DNA of 64,000 nt from Candidatus Methylomirabilota bacterium. GTDB lineage: Bacteria > Methylomirabilota > Methylomirabilia > Rokubacteriales > CSP1-6. Position 1 is the stretch's first letter, and every line of letters begins with the position of its first letter. Under the pieces are notes generated by a model, which was not told where the DNA came from, did not search any database, and saw nothing but the letters and a program-made list of their open reading frames with translations. Location of the stretch: the NCBI GenBank assembly GCA_035281625.1, contig DATEDO010000105.1, positions 102 through 64,101 of the forward strand, read 5' to 3'. The position numbers and the translations under genes are program-made. Positions 8,435 to 17,100 of this stretch are shown here, piece by piece.

Positions 8435-10656
8435 GCGCGGGCGAGCTCCTCGCGGACGCGATCGGGGGTGAAGGGCACGGAACGGAGGCGCACCCCGGTG
8501 GCGTCGAAGACGGCGTTGGCGATGGCGGCGGGCACCGGGCACGTCGCCGGCTCGCCGGCCCCCAGCGGGGGATTGTCGCGCCCTTCGAGCAGCACGATGT
8601 CCACCGCGTCGGGCACCTCGGGAAACGTCAGGATCGGATAGCCGGCCCAGTCCAGGCTGGTCACGCCCGCCGCGTCGAAGGCCACCGCCTCCTTGAGGGT
8701 GCGGCTGATCGCCTGGAGGACATTGCCCTCGATCTGGTTGCGCACACCGTCGGGATTGATGACGAGACCGCAGTCATGCGCCACGACCACCCGGCGGACT
8801 CGAATGGCGCCCGCGGCGCGATCCACCTCGACCTCGGCCACCGCGGCCACGTAGGCGTACTCGTTCTCGTACTGGCAGTAGGCGATGCCGCGGCCTCGGG
8901 CCGGGCCGGTTCCGCGCGCGCCCGGCGCGGGCGAGGGACGGGGCGTCCACCCCGCCGCCCGCGCGGCCGCCTCCACCACCGCCACCCCGCGCCGGTCCTT
9001 CAGATGGCGCAGACGGTAGGCGACGGGGTCGGCGCCCGCCGCCGCCGCCAGCTCGTCCAGGAACGATTCGTTGGCGAAGGTGTTCTGCGGCGCCCCGAGA
9101 CCCCGGAGCGCGGACACCCGCAGGAGACTCCGGTCGAGCTGATGCACCACCACGCGGTCGGCGGGGAACGCGTAGCCGTGCTGGGCGTTTCGATCGCCGC
9201 CGATGGCCCGCGACACCGGCTCGGGGGCGCCCGTTTCCTCGCCGGCGAGGAGATTGCCCGCTCGATTGGCGGGCCGCCGCACGTGCGTGGGCGTCCACAC
9301 CGCGTAGTCCCACGCGGCCACGCCCCGCCCGGCGTCGAGCGCGCCGCGCACCCGCATGACCATCGCCGGACCCTTGGGCTCGTAGCCGTGCTCGTCGTGC
9401 CGCATCCACTGCACGCGCACCGGCCGCCCCACCGCTTGCGACAGGATCGCCGCGTCGGCCGTCGCGTCATCGGCCCCGTTGTGGCCGTAGCAGCCCGAGC
9501 CCTCGGCGAAGATGGCGCGCACGCGCTCCGCGGGCAGGCGGAGCAGCCCGGCGATGGCGCCGCGCAGCTCGAACACGCTCTGGCTGGCCGTCCACACCCT
9601 CGCCTCGTCTCGGCGGACATCCGCCACGCCGCAGGAGGGCCCGATGGAGGCGTGCATCTGGAACGGCCAGCGATACTCGGCCTCGAGCGGGCGCGCGGCC
9701 TGCCGCAAGAGGCCATCGACGTCGCCGCGGTTCACGAGAACGCGCGGCCCGCCGGGGAGCTTGAGCAGGGTCGCGTGGAGATCCCCCGCCGCGGGCAGCC
9801 GGGCGCCGCCGCGCCAGGTGACGCGGAGCGCGCGCGCGGCGGCGATGGCCTGCTCCTCGCGCTCGCACACCACCCCCACGTAGTCCCCCTGCCGCACCAC
9901 CTTCACCAGACCGGGCACGCCCCGCACGGAGTCCTCGTCCACCGCGCCCACCCGCGCGCCGACAGTCCGCGGTCGGATCACGCGGCCGTGCAGCATGCCG
10001 GGCACGCGCACGTCGTGGACGAACACGGCCGCGCCCATCACCTTGGCGGGAATGTCCAGTCGCCGGACCGGCGTGCCGACCACGCGATAGGTGGCGCGGG
10101 GCTTGGTCTGGAAATCGCGGGTCACGGGGCGGCTGAAGCGCCGCCCGCCGACCAGCTCGCCGTAGGTCACGCGCCGCCCGGGATCGTCCGCGACGCTGAC
10201 CACGCCGTCACGGGTGACGAGCTGATCCACCGAGGTGGAGAGCCGTACCGAGGCGAGCAGCCGCAGCGTGTACCGCGCGTCGGCCGCGGCCTGACGGATG
10301 ATCGGGGCGCCGCGCTGCAGCGTCTTGCTCCCCGCGGTGACGCCCTGATCGGGCGTGCGCGCCGTGTCGCCCTGAACCACCGTGATGCGCGCCACCGCGA
10401 CGTCCAGCTCCTCGGCCACGATCTGGGCGAGCGCGGTGGCCACGCCGGTGCCGAGCTCGACCTTGCCCGTGTACAGCGTGATACCGCCGTCGGGCGCGAC
10501 CGCGAGCCAGGCGTCGATCTGGCCGGGAGGAATGGTCTGGCCCGGGGCGGCGACCTGACCGGGCAGCACCGGCTCGTCCTCGCCCACGCGCGGCGTCTGC
10601 GCGTGGGTCCCGGGCAGCGAGAACGTGACGACGAGTGCCCCTGCCGCCTGGAGCAA
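8431..10656 (-). CDS. Molybdopterin-binding subunit of the xanthine dehydrogenase/aldehyde oxidase family (IorB-like); true start probably upstream (see finding)
   Basis: The 741-aa ORF has GKVELGTGVATALAQIVAEEL, GSGCYGHNG and LGAGEPA motifs. Coordinates use the canonical TTG start from the track. Confidence 0.88.
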   Translation of the reverse strand: MLQAAGALVVTFSLPGTHAQTPRVGEDEPVLPGQVAAPGQTIPPGQIDAWLAVAPDGGITLYTGKVELGTGVATALAQIVAEELDVAVARITVVQGDTARTPDQGVTAGSKTLQRGAPIIRQAAADARYTLRLLASVRLSTSVDQLVTRDGVVSVADDPGRRVTYGELVGGRRFSRPVTRDFQTKPRATYRVVGTPVRRLDIPAKVMGAAVFVHDVRVPGMLHGRVIRPRTVGARVGAVDEDSVRGVPGLVKVVRQGDYVGVVCEREEQAIAAARALRVTWRGGARLPAAGDLHATLLKLPGGPRVLVNRGDVDGLLRQAARPLEAEYRWPFQMHASIGPSCGVADVRRDEARVWTASQSVFELRGAIAGLLRLPAERVRAIFAEGSGCYGHNGADDATADAAILSQAVGRPVRVQWMRHDEHGYEPKGPAMVMRVRGALDAGRGVAAWDYAVWTPTHVRRPANRAGNLLAGEETGAPEPVSRAIGGDRNAQHGYAFPADRVVVHQLDRSLLRVSALRGLGAPQNTFANESFLDELAAAAGADPVAYRLRHLKDRRGVAVVEAAARAAGWTPRPSPAPGARGTGPARGRGIAYCQYENEYAYVAAVAEVEVDRAAGAIRVRRVVVAHDCGLVINPDGVRNQIEGNVLQAISRTLKEAVAFDAAGVTSLDWAGYPILTFPEVPDAVDIVLLEGRDNPPLGAGEPATCPVPAAIANAVFDATGVRLRSVPFTPDRVREELARA

Positions 10657-10679
10657 CGCGCGCCGGGTCAGGACCGCGT

Positions 10680-11138
10680 TCAGTCGAGTCCCCAGGCGAA
10701 GACGTGGGTGGGCGTCAGCTCGATGATCAGGGAGTCATTGTCCCCCAGCGCCGCCTTGGACCGGTACTGGGGGTACTTCTGATAGATGAGACGCCGGATC
10801 CGGCGGAACTTCGGCCCCGGCTCGATCAGCGCACCCCGGCCCTGCACCATCACGCCGCGGAGGGTGTTCCAGTCCTCGGAGTAGAGATCGACGGTCACGG
10901 TGAGGTGCGGATTGGCCCGGACATTGCGGACCTTGCGGCCGCGCTTGCCCGAGCCCAGGTAGATTTTTCCCCCATGGAGCACGTGACAGATGGGAACGAG
11001 GTGGGGCATGCCGCCAGGTCCCGCGGTGGCCACGCGCGCCACCCGCGCCCAGCGCAGTACCTCCTCGGCGGCCCGCGAGAGGCGGACGGAACGCGACCGC
11101 CCCCGGCGTCGCCGCGCCCTCCGCGCCTTGCCCATCAC
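10680..11138 (-). CDS. PPOX-class (pyridoxamine 5'-phosphate oxidase-like) probable F420-dependent enzyme
   Basis: ARVATAGPGGMPHLVPICHV...KVRNVRANPHLTVTVD pattern of the split-barrel flavin/deazaflavin fold. Confidence 0.8.
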   Translation of the reverse strand: MMGKARRARRRRGRSRSVRLSRAAEEVLRWARVARVATAGPGGMPHLVPICHVLHGGKIYLGSGKRGRKVRNVRANPHLTVTVDLYSEDWNTLRGVMVQGRGALIEPGPKFRRIRRLIYQKYPQYRSKAALGDNDSLIIELTPTHVFAWGLD

Positions 11139-11168
11139 GCGGATGCTAGGCCCCGGCGGGCGAGCCTG

Positions 11169-11420
11169 TCAATGCGCGGCTCCCGCGCCGCCGCGCGCCC
11201 GCGCCACGATGCCCCAGAGCGAGACGATGGCCCACACGCCCTCGAGCAGCACGAATCCCCATTGCCGGCCGAGCCACGCATCGATGGTGAGCACGACGGC
11301 GCCCACCAGATTCGGGATGAGATAGGCGTAGGAGTCCTGGACGAGGACGCGCGCCTGCGCGAGCACGAAGGCGGCGAGGATCAGCAGCGCGCCCAGGATC
11401 TGCACCGCCTGCTCGGTCAT
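11169..11420 (-). CDS. Small membrane protein (83 aa, about 3 TM helices)
   Basis: This is the C-terminal part of track ORF 11169..11804. ATG 11420 overlaps the upstream stop (ATGA). Hydrophobic helices: ILGALLILAAFVL, LVGAVVLTI, VWAIVSLWGIV. Confidence 0.65.
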   Translation of the reverse strand: MTEQAVQILGALLILAAFVLAQARVLVQDSYAYLIPNLVGAVVLTIDAWLGRQWGFVLLEGVWAIVSLWGIVARARGGAGAAH

Positions 11421-11968
11421 GCTTCCCTTCCCGCGCCCGAAGCCGCGCGGCGCCGCGCCAGCGCGGCGGCCCCCACGAGCGCCGCGGTCGGCAGCCAGAC
11501 CCACACGATCTCGCTCGTGATGGTGCGAAGCCCCCACTCGCTCACGATGTCGAGGCCGATGGGCGACACCACGAGAGGGCGCCAGGGGAAGAAGTAGCGC
11601 GTGTGGTCGAACGGCGCGAGAAAGGCGACCCCCGGCCCGCCATTGGTGAAGGCGTCGAGGAAGCCGTGGGAGGCCATGGCGAGGAAGTAGTAGCCCCAGA
11701 GCCAGGGGAGCGGCAGCCCCAGCGGGCGATGCGCCAGTCGCGCCACCATGTACGACACGAGCGCCGCGGTGGGGAAGCCGTGCGTGATGCCGCGATGGGC
11801 CCACGGCGTGCCCCAGGGGATGCCGAGCGGCCAGGCAACGACGTCGGCGTCGGGCAGGATCGAGAGTCCGGCGGCGAGCAGCCAGAAGAGCGGGGGCATC
11901 GGCCGGGAGCGGGTGAGGACACGCCCCACGCCGCAGGCCACGACGGCGTGGGTCAGGATCGTCGGCAT
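11417..11968 (-). CDS. Metal-dependent hydrolase, DUF457/YdjM-like inner membrane protein
   Basis: MPTILTHA...PDAD...HRGITHG...SHGFLDAFT motifs. Confidence 0.8.
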   Translation of the reverse strand: MPTILTHAVVACGVGRVLTRSRPMPPLFWLLAAGLSILPDADVVAWPLGIPWGTPWAHRGITHGFPTAALVSYMVARLAHRPLGLPLPWLWGYYFLAMASHGFLDAFTNGGPGVAFLAPFDHTRYFFPWRPLVVSPIGLDIVSEWGLRTITSEIVWVWLPTAALVGAAALARRRAASGAGREA

Positions 11969-12006
11969 CGGCGCCGGAGAGGCATCAGCGGTAGAATACC
12001 CTCCTC

Positions 12007-12672
12007 ATGGCGTTCACCGACACCTTGTGGAAATCCATCGACGGGATCTACGGCGCGATCCTGCGCCACCCCTTCCTGGCGGGCCTCGCCGACGGCTCGC
12101 TCCCGCGGGAGAGCTTTCGATTCTACGCCGTCCAGGACGCGCTCTACCTGCGCGACTTCGCCCGCGCCCTGTCGGTGGCGGCGGCCCGGGCTCCGCAGGA
12201 CGACTGGATCATCATGTTCAACGAGCACGCCGCCGGCGCGCTCAAGGTGGAGCGGGCGCTCCACGAGTCCTTCTTCAAGGAGTTCGGCCTCACGCCCGCC
12301 GAGGTGGCGGCCACCCCGCTCGCCCCCACCAACCTCGCCTACACCTCGTATCTCCTCGCGGTGGCCAACGGGGCGCCCTTCCACGAGAACGTGGCCGCGC
12401 TCCTGCCCTGCTACTGGGTTTACTGGGAAGTGGGCAAGGAGCTCGAGCGCCGCGGCTCGCCGGATCCCCTCTACGCGCGGTGGATCGGCACCTACGCCTC
12501 GGGGGAGTTCGGCGCCCTCGTGGAGGCCGTGCTGGACGCCACCAACATCATGGCCGAGCGCGTGGGCGACGCCGAGCGCGAGACCATGCGCCGGCACTTC
12601 CTCACCACCAGCCGCTACGAGTGGATGTTCTGGGACATGGGCTGGCGGCGCGAGGCCTGGCCGGTCTCCTGA
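12007..12672 (+). CDS. tenA: TenA-family thiaminase II / aminopyrimidine aminohydrolase
   Basis: HPFLAGLADGSLPRESFRFYAVQDALYL...LLPCYWVY...YEWMFWD. Confidence 0.9.
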   Translation: MAFTDTLWKSIDGIYGAILRHPFLAGLADGSLPRESFRFYAVQDALYLRDFARALSVAAARAPQDDWIIMFNEHAAGALKVERALHESFFKEFGLTPAEVAATPLAPTNLAYTSYLLAVANGAPFHENVAALLPCYWVYWEVGKELERRGSPDPLYARWIGTYASGEFGALVEAVLDATNIMAERVGDAERETMRRHFLTTSRYEWMFWDMGWRREAWPVS

Positions 12673-12699
12673 CCGCCCGCCCCGCGCGGCGGCCCGTCG

Positions 12700-13800
12700 T
12701 CAGCCCGCGGGCTTCAGCGCGGTCAGGTTGTAGACGCTCACCGGGCGCGTGAAGCCCTTCAGCGGCATCTCACCGACCGATTCCGACTCCACGAGATCCT
12801 CGACCGTGCCGACGAGCTTGCGTGACACGAGGATCTGCCCGGGCTTGGCCTCGCCGCACAGCCGGGCGGCGAGATTGGTGACGGTGCCGATGGCACCGTA
12901 GTCCCAGCGGCCCTCGAACCCGATGGCGCCGATGGTGGCGTACCCCTGCGCGATGCCCACGCCGAAATCGAGCTCGTAGCCGCGCTTGCGCCAGCCCTTC
13001 ATGAGCTCGTCCACGCGCCCGCGCATGGCCAGCGCCATGCGCACCGCTCGCTCCTGCGGGTTCGGCACCAGTATGGGGTCGTTGAAGAAGATCATCATGC
13101 CGTCGCCGGTGAAGCGCTCCAGCGTCCCCTCGTGGGCGAGGATCAGCTCCCCCATGGCCGCGTGGTACTCGCGGAGCACCCCCATCACCTCTTCCGGCTC
13201 CGCGGTCTCGGCGAAGGCGGTGAACCCCCGCAGGTCGATGAAGACCACCGTGACCTCCCGCCGGTGGCTCTTCAGCGGGTCGTCGGCGCCGCCGTGCACG
13301 ATGGCCTCGGCGAGGTGCGGCGAGAAGAACCGCTTGAGCCGGCCCAGGCGCTCGAGCATGCCGACCTGCTCCGTCACCCGCGCCTCCAGCGTGCGGTTCA
13401 GCTCGGCGAGCTGGTCCCACAGGGACTTCACCCGCATGAGCGAGCGCACCCGCGCCAGGAGCTCCGGCTGATTGATGGGCTTGGTGAGGAAGTCGTCCGC
13501 CCCGGCATCGATTCCCTTCACCCGCTCCTGAGCGGGGTCGAGGGCGGTGACCATGACCACCGGCAGCATCGCGGTGGCGGGGTTCTCGCGGAGCTTCTTG
13601 CACACCTCGTAGCCGCTCATGCCGGGCATCATCACGTCGAGGAGGACCAGATCCGGCGGCGTCCGGTCGATCGTCTCGAGCGCCTCCGCCCCCGACGCGG
13701 CGGTGGTGACCGCGTAGCCCTTGGCGCTCAGGAGATCGCTCAGGAGCTTGAGGTTGACCGGCGTATCGTCGACCACCAGGATGCGGGTCGGCTCGCTCAT
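12700..13800 (-). CDS. Response regulator receiver fused to a class III adenylate/guanylate cyclase
   Basis: REC domain (ILVVDD...LLDVMMPGMSG...TKP) followed by a CHD domain (VVFIDLRGFT...GDGMMIFF...GTVTNLAARL). Confidence 0.92.
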   Translation of the reverse strand: MSEPTRILVVDDTPVNLKLLSDLLSAKGYAVTTAASGAEALETIDRTPPDLVLLDVMMPGMSGYEVCKKLRENPATAMLPVVMVTALDPAQERVKGIDAGADDFLTKPINQPELLARVRSLMRVKSLWDQLAELNRTLEARVTEQVGMLERLGRLKRFFSPHLAEAIVHGGADDPLKSHRREVTVVFIDLRGFTAFAETAEPEEVMGVLREYHAAMGELILAHEGTLERFTGDGMMIFFNDPILVPNPQERAVRMALAMRGRVDELMKGWRKRGYELDFGVGIAQGYATIGAIGFEGRWDYGAIGTVTNLAARLCGEAKPGQILVSRKLVGTVEDLVESESVGEMPLKGFTRPVSVYNLTALKPAG

Positions 13801-14186
13801 GTCCGCGCGCTCCCCGGCCGGTCCAGGACCTCGCGCACGAGGTCGAGGAACGGGCGAATGCTGATGGGCTTGGACTGATAGGCGTCGAAGCCGGCGGCGA
13901 GGATCTTCTGCCGGTCCTGGGTCATGGCGGAGGCGGTCACCGCGATGACGGGGATGCCCGCGGTCGCGGGGTCCGCGCGAAGCTGGCGCAGGGCCTCGAT
14001 GCCGTTGATACCGGGGAGCTGGATGTCCATCAGCACCAGCGCGGGACGCTGCTCGCCGGCCAGGCGGACCCCGTCCTCGCCGGTCTCCGCCTCCACGAGC
14101 CGATAGCCCTTGGCGGTCAGCACGTCACGCACCAGCTTGCGGTTCTTGTCGTTGTCCTCGACGACGAGGATCAGCTCACCCGCCAT
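13797..14186 (-). CDS. Single-domain response regulator (REC)
   Basis: ILVVEDN...LMDIQLPGING...SKP. ATGA overlap with the next gene. Confidence 0.92.
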   Translation of the reverse strand: MAGELILVVEDNDKNRKLVRDVLTAKGYRLVEAETGEDGVRLAGEQRPALVLMDIQLPGINGIEALRQLRADPATAGIPVIAVTASAMTQDRQKILAAGFDAYQSKPISIRPFLDLVREVLDRPGSART

Positions 14187-17100
14187 GGTGACCTCGCGAG
14201 ATCGGGATGGTGAAGGTGAAGGTGGAGCCCTGTCCGACCTGGCTCTTCACCCAGATCCGCCCGCCGTGGAGCTCCACGAACTTGCGGGCGAGGGCGAGGC
14301 CCAGGCCGGTGCCCTCGTGCTTGCGCGCGTAGTCGGTCCCCACCTGACGGAACTCCTCGAACACCGCCTCGTGGTCCTCCGGCGCGATGCCGACCCCGGT
14401 GTCCGTCACCGAGATCTCGGCGGTGCCGTTGGCCACCGCCGCGCGCACGTCGATGCGCCCGCCCTCCGGCGTGAACTTCACCGCGTTCGAGAGAAGGTTC
14501 AGGAGCACCTGCTTGATCTTGCGCTCGTCCCCGCTGATCTCGCCGAGCCTCGGATCCACCGCCCGCTCCACCGTGATGCTCCGCCGGAGCGCCCGCTCGC
14601 GGACGAGGACCAGGGTGTCGTCGATGGCCTGGGGAAGATCGAAGTCGCCCGCCTCCAGCTCCATGCGGCCGGCCTCGATCTTGGCGAGGTCGAGGATGTC
14701 GTTGATGAGCGAGAGCAGGTGGCGCCCCGACGACAGGATGTCCTGGAGGTACTCCTCCTGCTTCTCGTTCACCTCGCCGAAGAGCCGCTCCAGCATCACC
14801 TCGGAGAAGCCGATGATGGCGTTGAGGGGGGTGCGCAGCTCGTGGGACACGCTGGCGAGGAACTCGGACTTGTGCTGGTTGGCGACCTCGAGCTGCCGGC
14901 CCTTGTCCTCGATCTCGCTGAAGAGGCGCGCGTTCTGGATGGCGAGGGCCGACTGGGTGGCGAACGTGCTCAGGAGCTCGACGATGCGGGGCGGAAACTC
15001 GCCGGCTACGCGGCGGTTCACCACCAGCGCGCCCACCACCTCGTCCTCGCTCACGAGCGGCACCGCGAGGAGGGAGCGGTAGCCGAACCGCAGCAGCGCG
15101 GCGCGGATCCGGCTCTCGTAGGCATGGGTGTCGCCGACGTCGGCAACCTGGACGGGCGCGCGCGTCGCCGCCGCCCGTCCCACCGCGCCCTCGCCGTACA
15201 CGAGCGTGGTCGCGCGTAGCGCCGCCACGAAGTCGTCGGGGAACCGATCGGTCGCCCAGAGGCGGAACGCCTGGGTGGCCGCGTCGAACTCGTAGATGGC
15301 GCCCCCGTCCGTCTCCGCGAGCTGATTGGCCCGCGCCACGATGGCCGCCAGCACGACCTCGAGATCGAGCGTCGACGAGATGGCGCGGCCGACCTCGCCG
15401 AGCGCCTGCAGCTCGCCCACCGAGCGGGTCAGCTCGGCGGTGCGCGACTGCAGCTCGGTGAAGAGCCGCACGTTCTCGATGGCGATCACCGCCTGGTCCG
15501 CGAACGTCTGGAGCAGCGCGATCTGGGCGTCGGTGAACGGGCGGACCTGGGTGCGTCGGATCACCACCGCACCGATACCGGCGCCCTCGCGCAGGAGGGG
15601 CACGGCGAGGAGGCTGCGCGTACCCGTCCTCGCCTGGGCCGCCTTGTGAGCGGGATACTCAGTGTCTACGAGAGCGGCCAGATCAGGCAGATTGATCACG
15701 CGTCGCTCGAGCACGGCCCGCGCGAATATGTACTCGTGGTCAAGCGGCGCCCGAGTCGGGACGTAGCTCGGGATGGGGCCGTACTGGGTCACGACCACAA
15801 TCTCGTCGCCTTCCACCTGCCAGATCTGGGCATCATTGGCGTCGCACAGCCGGGCCGCCGTCTCCGCCACCGCCTCGAGCACCGGCTTGACGTCCGTCGG
15901 CGATGACGAGATCACCCGGAGGATCTCGGCGGTCGCCGTCTGCTGCTCCAGCGCCTCGGTGATGGTACGATTCTTCTCTTCCAGCTCCTTGAACAGACGC
16001 ACGTTCTCGATGGCGATGACCGCCTGGTCGGCGAAGGTCTGGAGCAGCGCCAGGTGCTCGTCCGAGAATAGCCCGGGCTCTCCGCGCGCGAGCACGATAC
16101 AGCCGAGGGGGCTGCCTTCACGGAGCATCGGCACCGCGACGGTGCCCCGCGGCCGCTCCGGATTGTCGCCGATCCAGCGCGCCTGCACGCCGGGCTCGGC
16201 CATGTAGTCCGCGGTCTGCACGACCTGCCGGTCGCGAATGGCCCGCGCGGCCAGGCTTCCGTCGCCCGGCGGCATCGGGAAGCGCTGGCGGACGACCTCG
16301 AGCTGAGGGGGCGGCCATTGATGGGACGTCACGAAATGCACGAGGCCGCCCTCGAACCGGAACACGCCGCCGAACTGCGCCCCACACAGGCGCACCGCGC
16401 TCGACAGCACGGTGGCGAAGACCGGCTGCACGTCGGTCGGGGACGAAGAGATCACCCGCAGGATCTCGGCCGTGGACGTCTGCTGCTCCAGCGCCTCGGT
16501 GATCGTGCGATTCTTCTCCTCCAGCTCCTTGAACAGGCGCACGTTCTCGATCGCGATGACCGCCTGGTCGGCGAAGGTCTGGAGCAGGGCGATCTGCCTT
16601 GGCGAGAACGCCCCCGCCTCGGCGCCCGTGACGGTGAGGACCCCGATCGGCTTGCCATCCAGCAGCATCGGCACGGCGAGGACGCTCAAGTAGGCCGCCG
16701 CCTGCGCGAGGGCATCGAGCCGGTACTCGGTGTCCTCACGGATGTCCGGAATGTAGACGACAGTCCGGCTCAGCACCGCGCGAGTGGTCGCGCCCTCCCG
16801 GCTCGGAGGCATCGGGTAGCTGCGCCGGACGACCTCGACCGCTTCCGGCCTCAGGCTATGGGACGCCGCGATGTGGATGAGCTCACCGTCGAAGCGGTAG
16901 ACCCAGCCGGTCGTGGCCCGGCACAGGTCCAGGGCCTTGGCGGCGATGGAATCGAAGACTGGCTGAACGTCGGTCGGGGAGCTCGAGATCACGCGAAGGA
17001 TCTCCGCGGTCGCCGTCTGCTGCTCCAGGGACTCCGAGAGCTCCCGGGTGCGGTCCTCGACCTTCTGCTCGAGCGTCGCGTACGACTCGCGGAGCCGCCC

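Noticed and set aside
8776-10782. 668-aa plus-strand ORF, and 16318..18210 (630 aa)
   Set aside because: They are antisense to the molybdoenzyme and the sensor kinase respectively and show no domain signatures.
11969-12006. TPP riboswitch upstream of tenA
   Set aside because: The intergenic region is only 38 nt, too short for a THI-box element.
15440-17045. Periodic near-identical repeats that might suggest a CRISPR-like or satellite array
   Set aside because: The period is about 540 nt. The repeats are in frame inside a kinase gene and encode GAF-domain boundaries. They are not short repeats separated by spacers.
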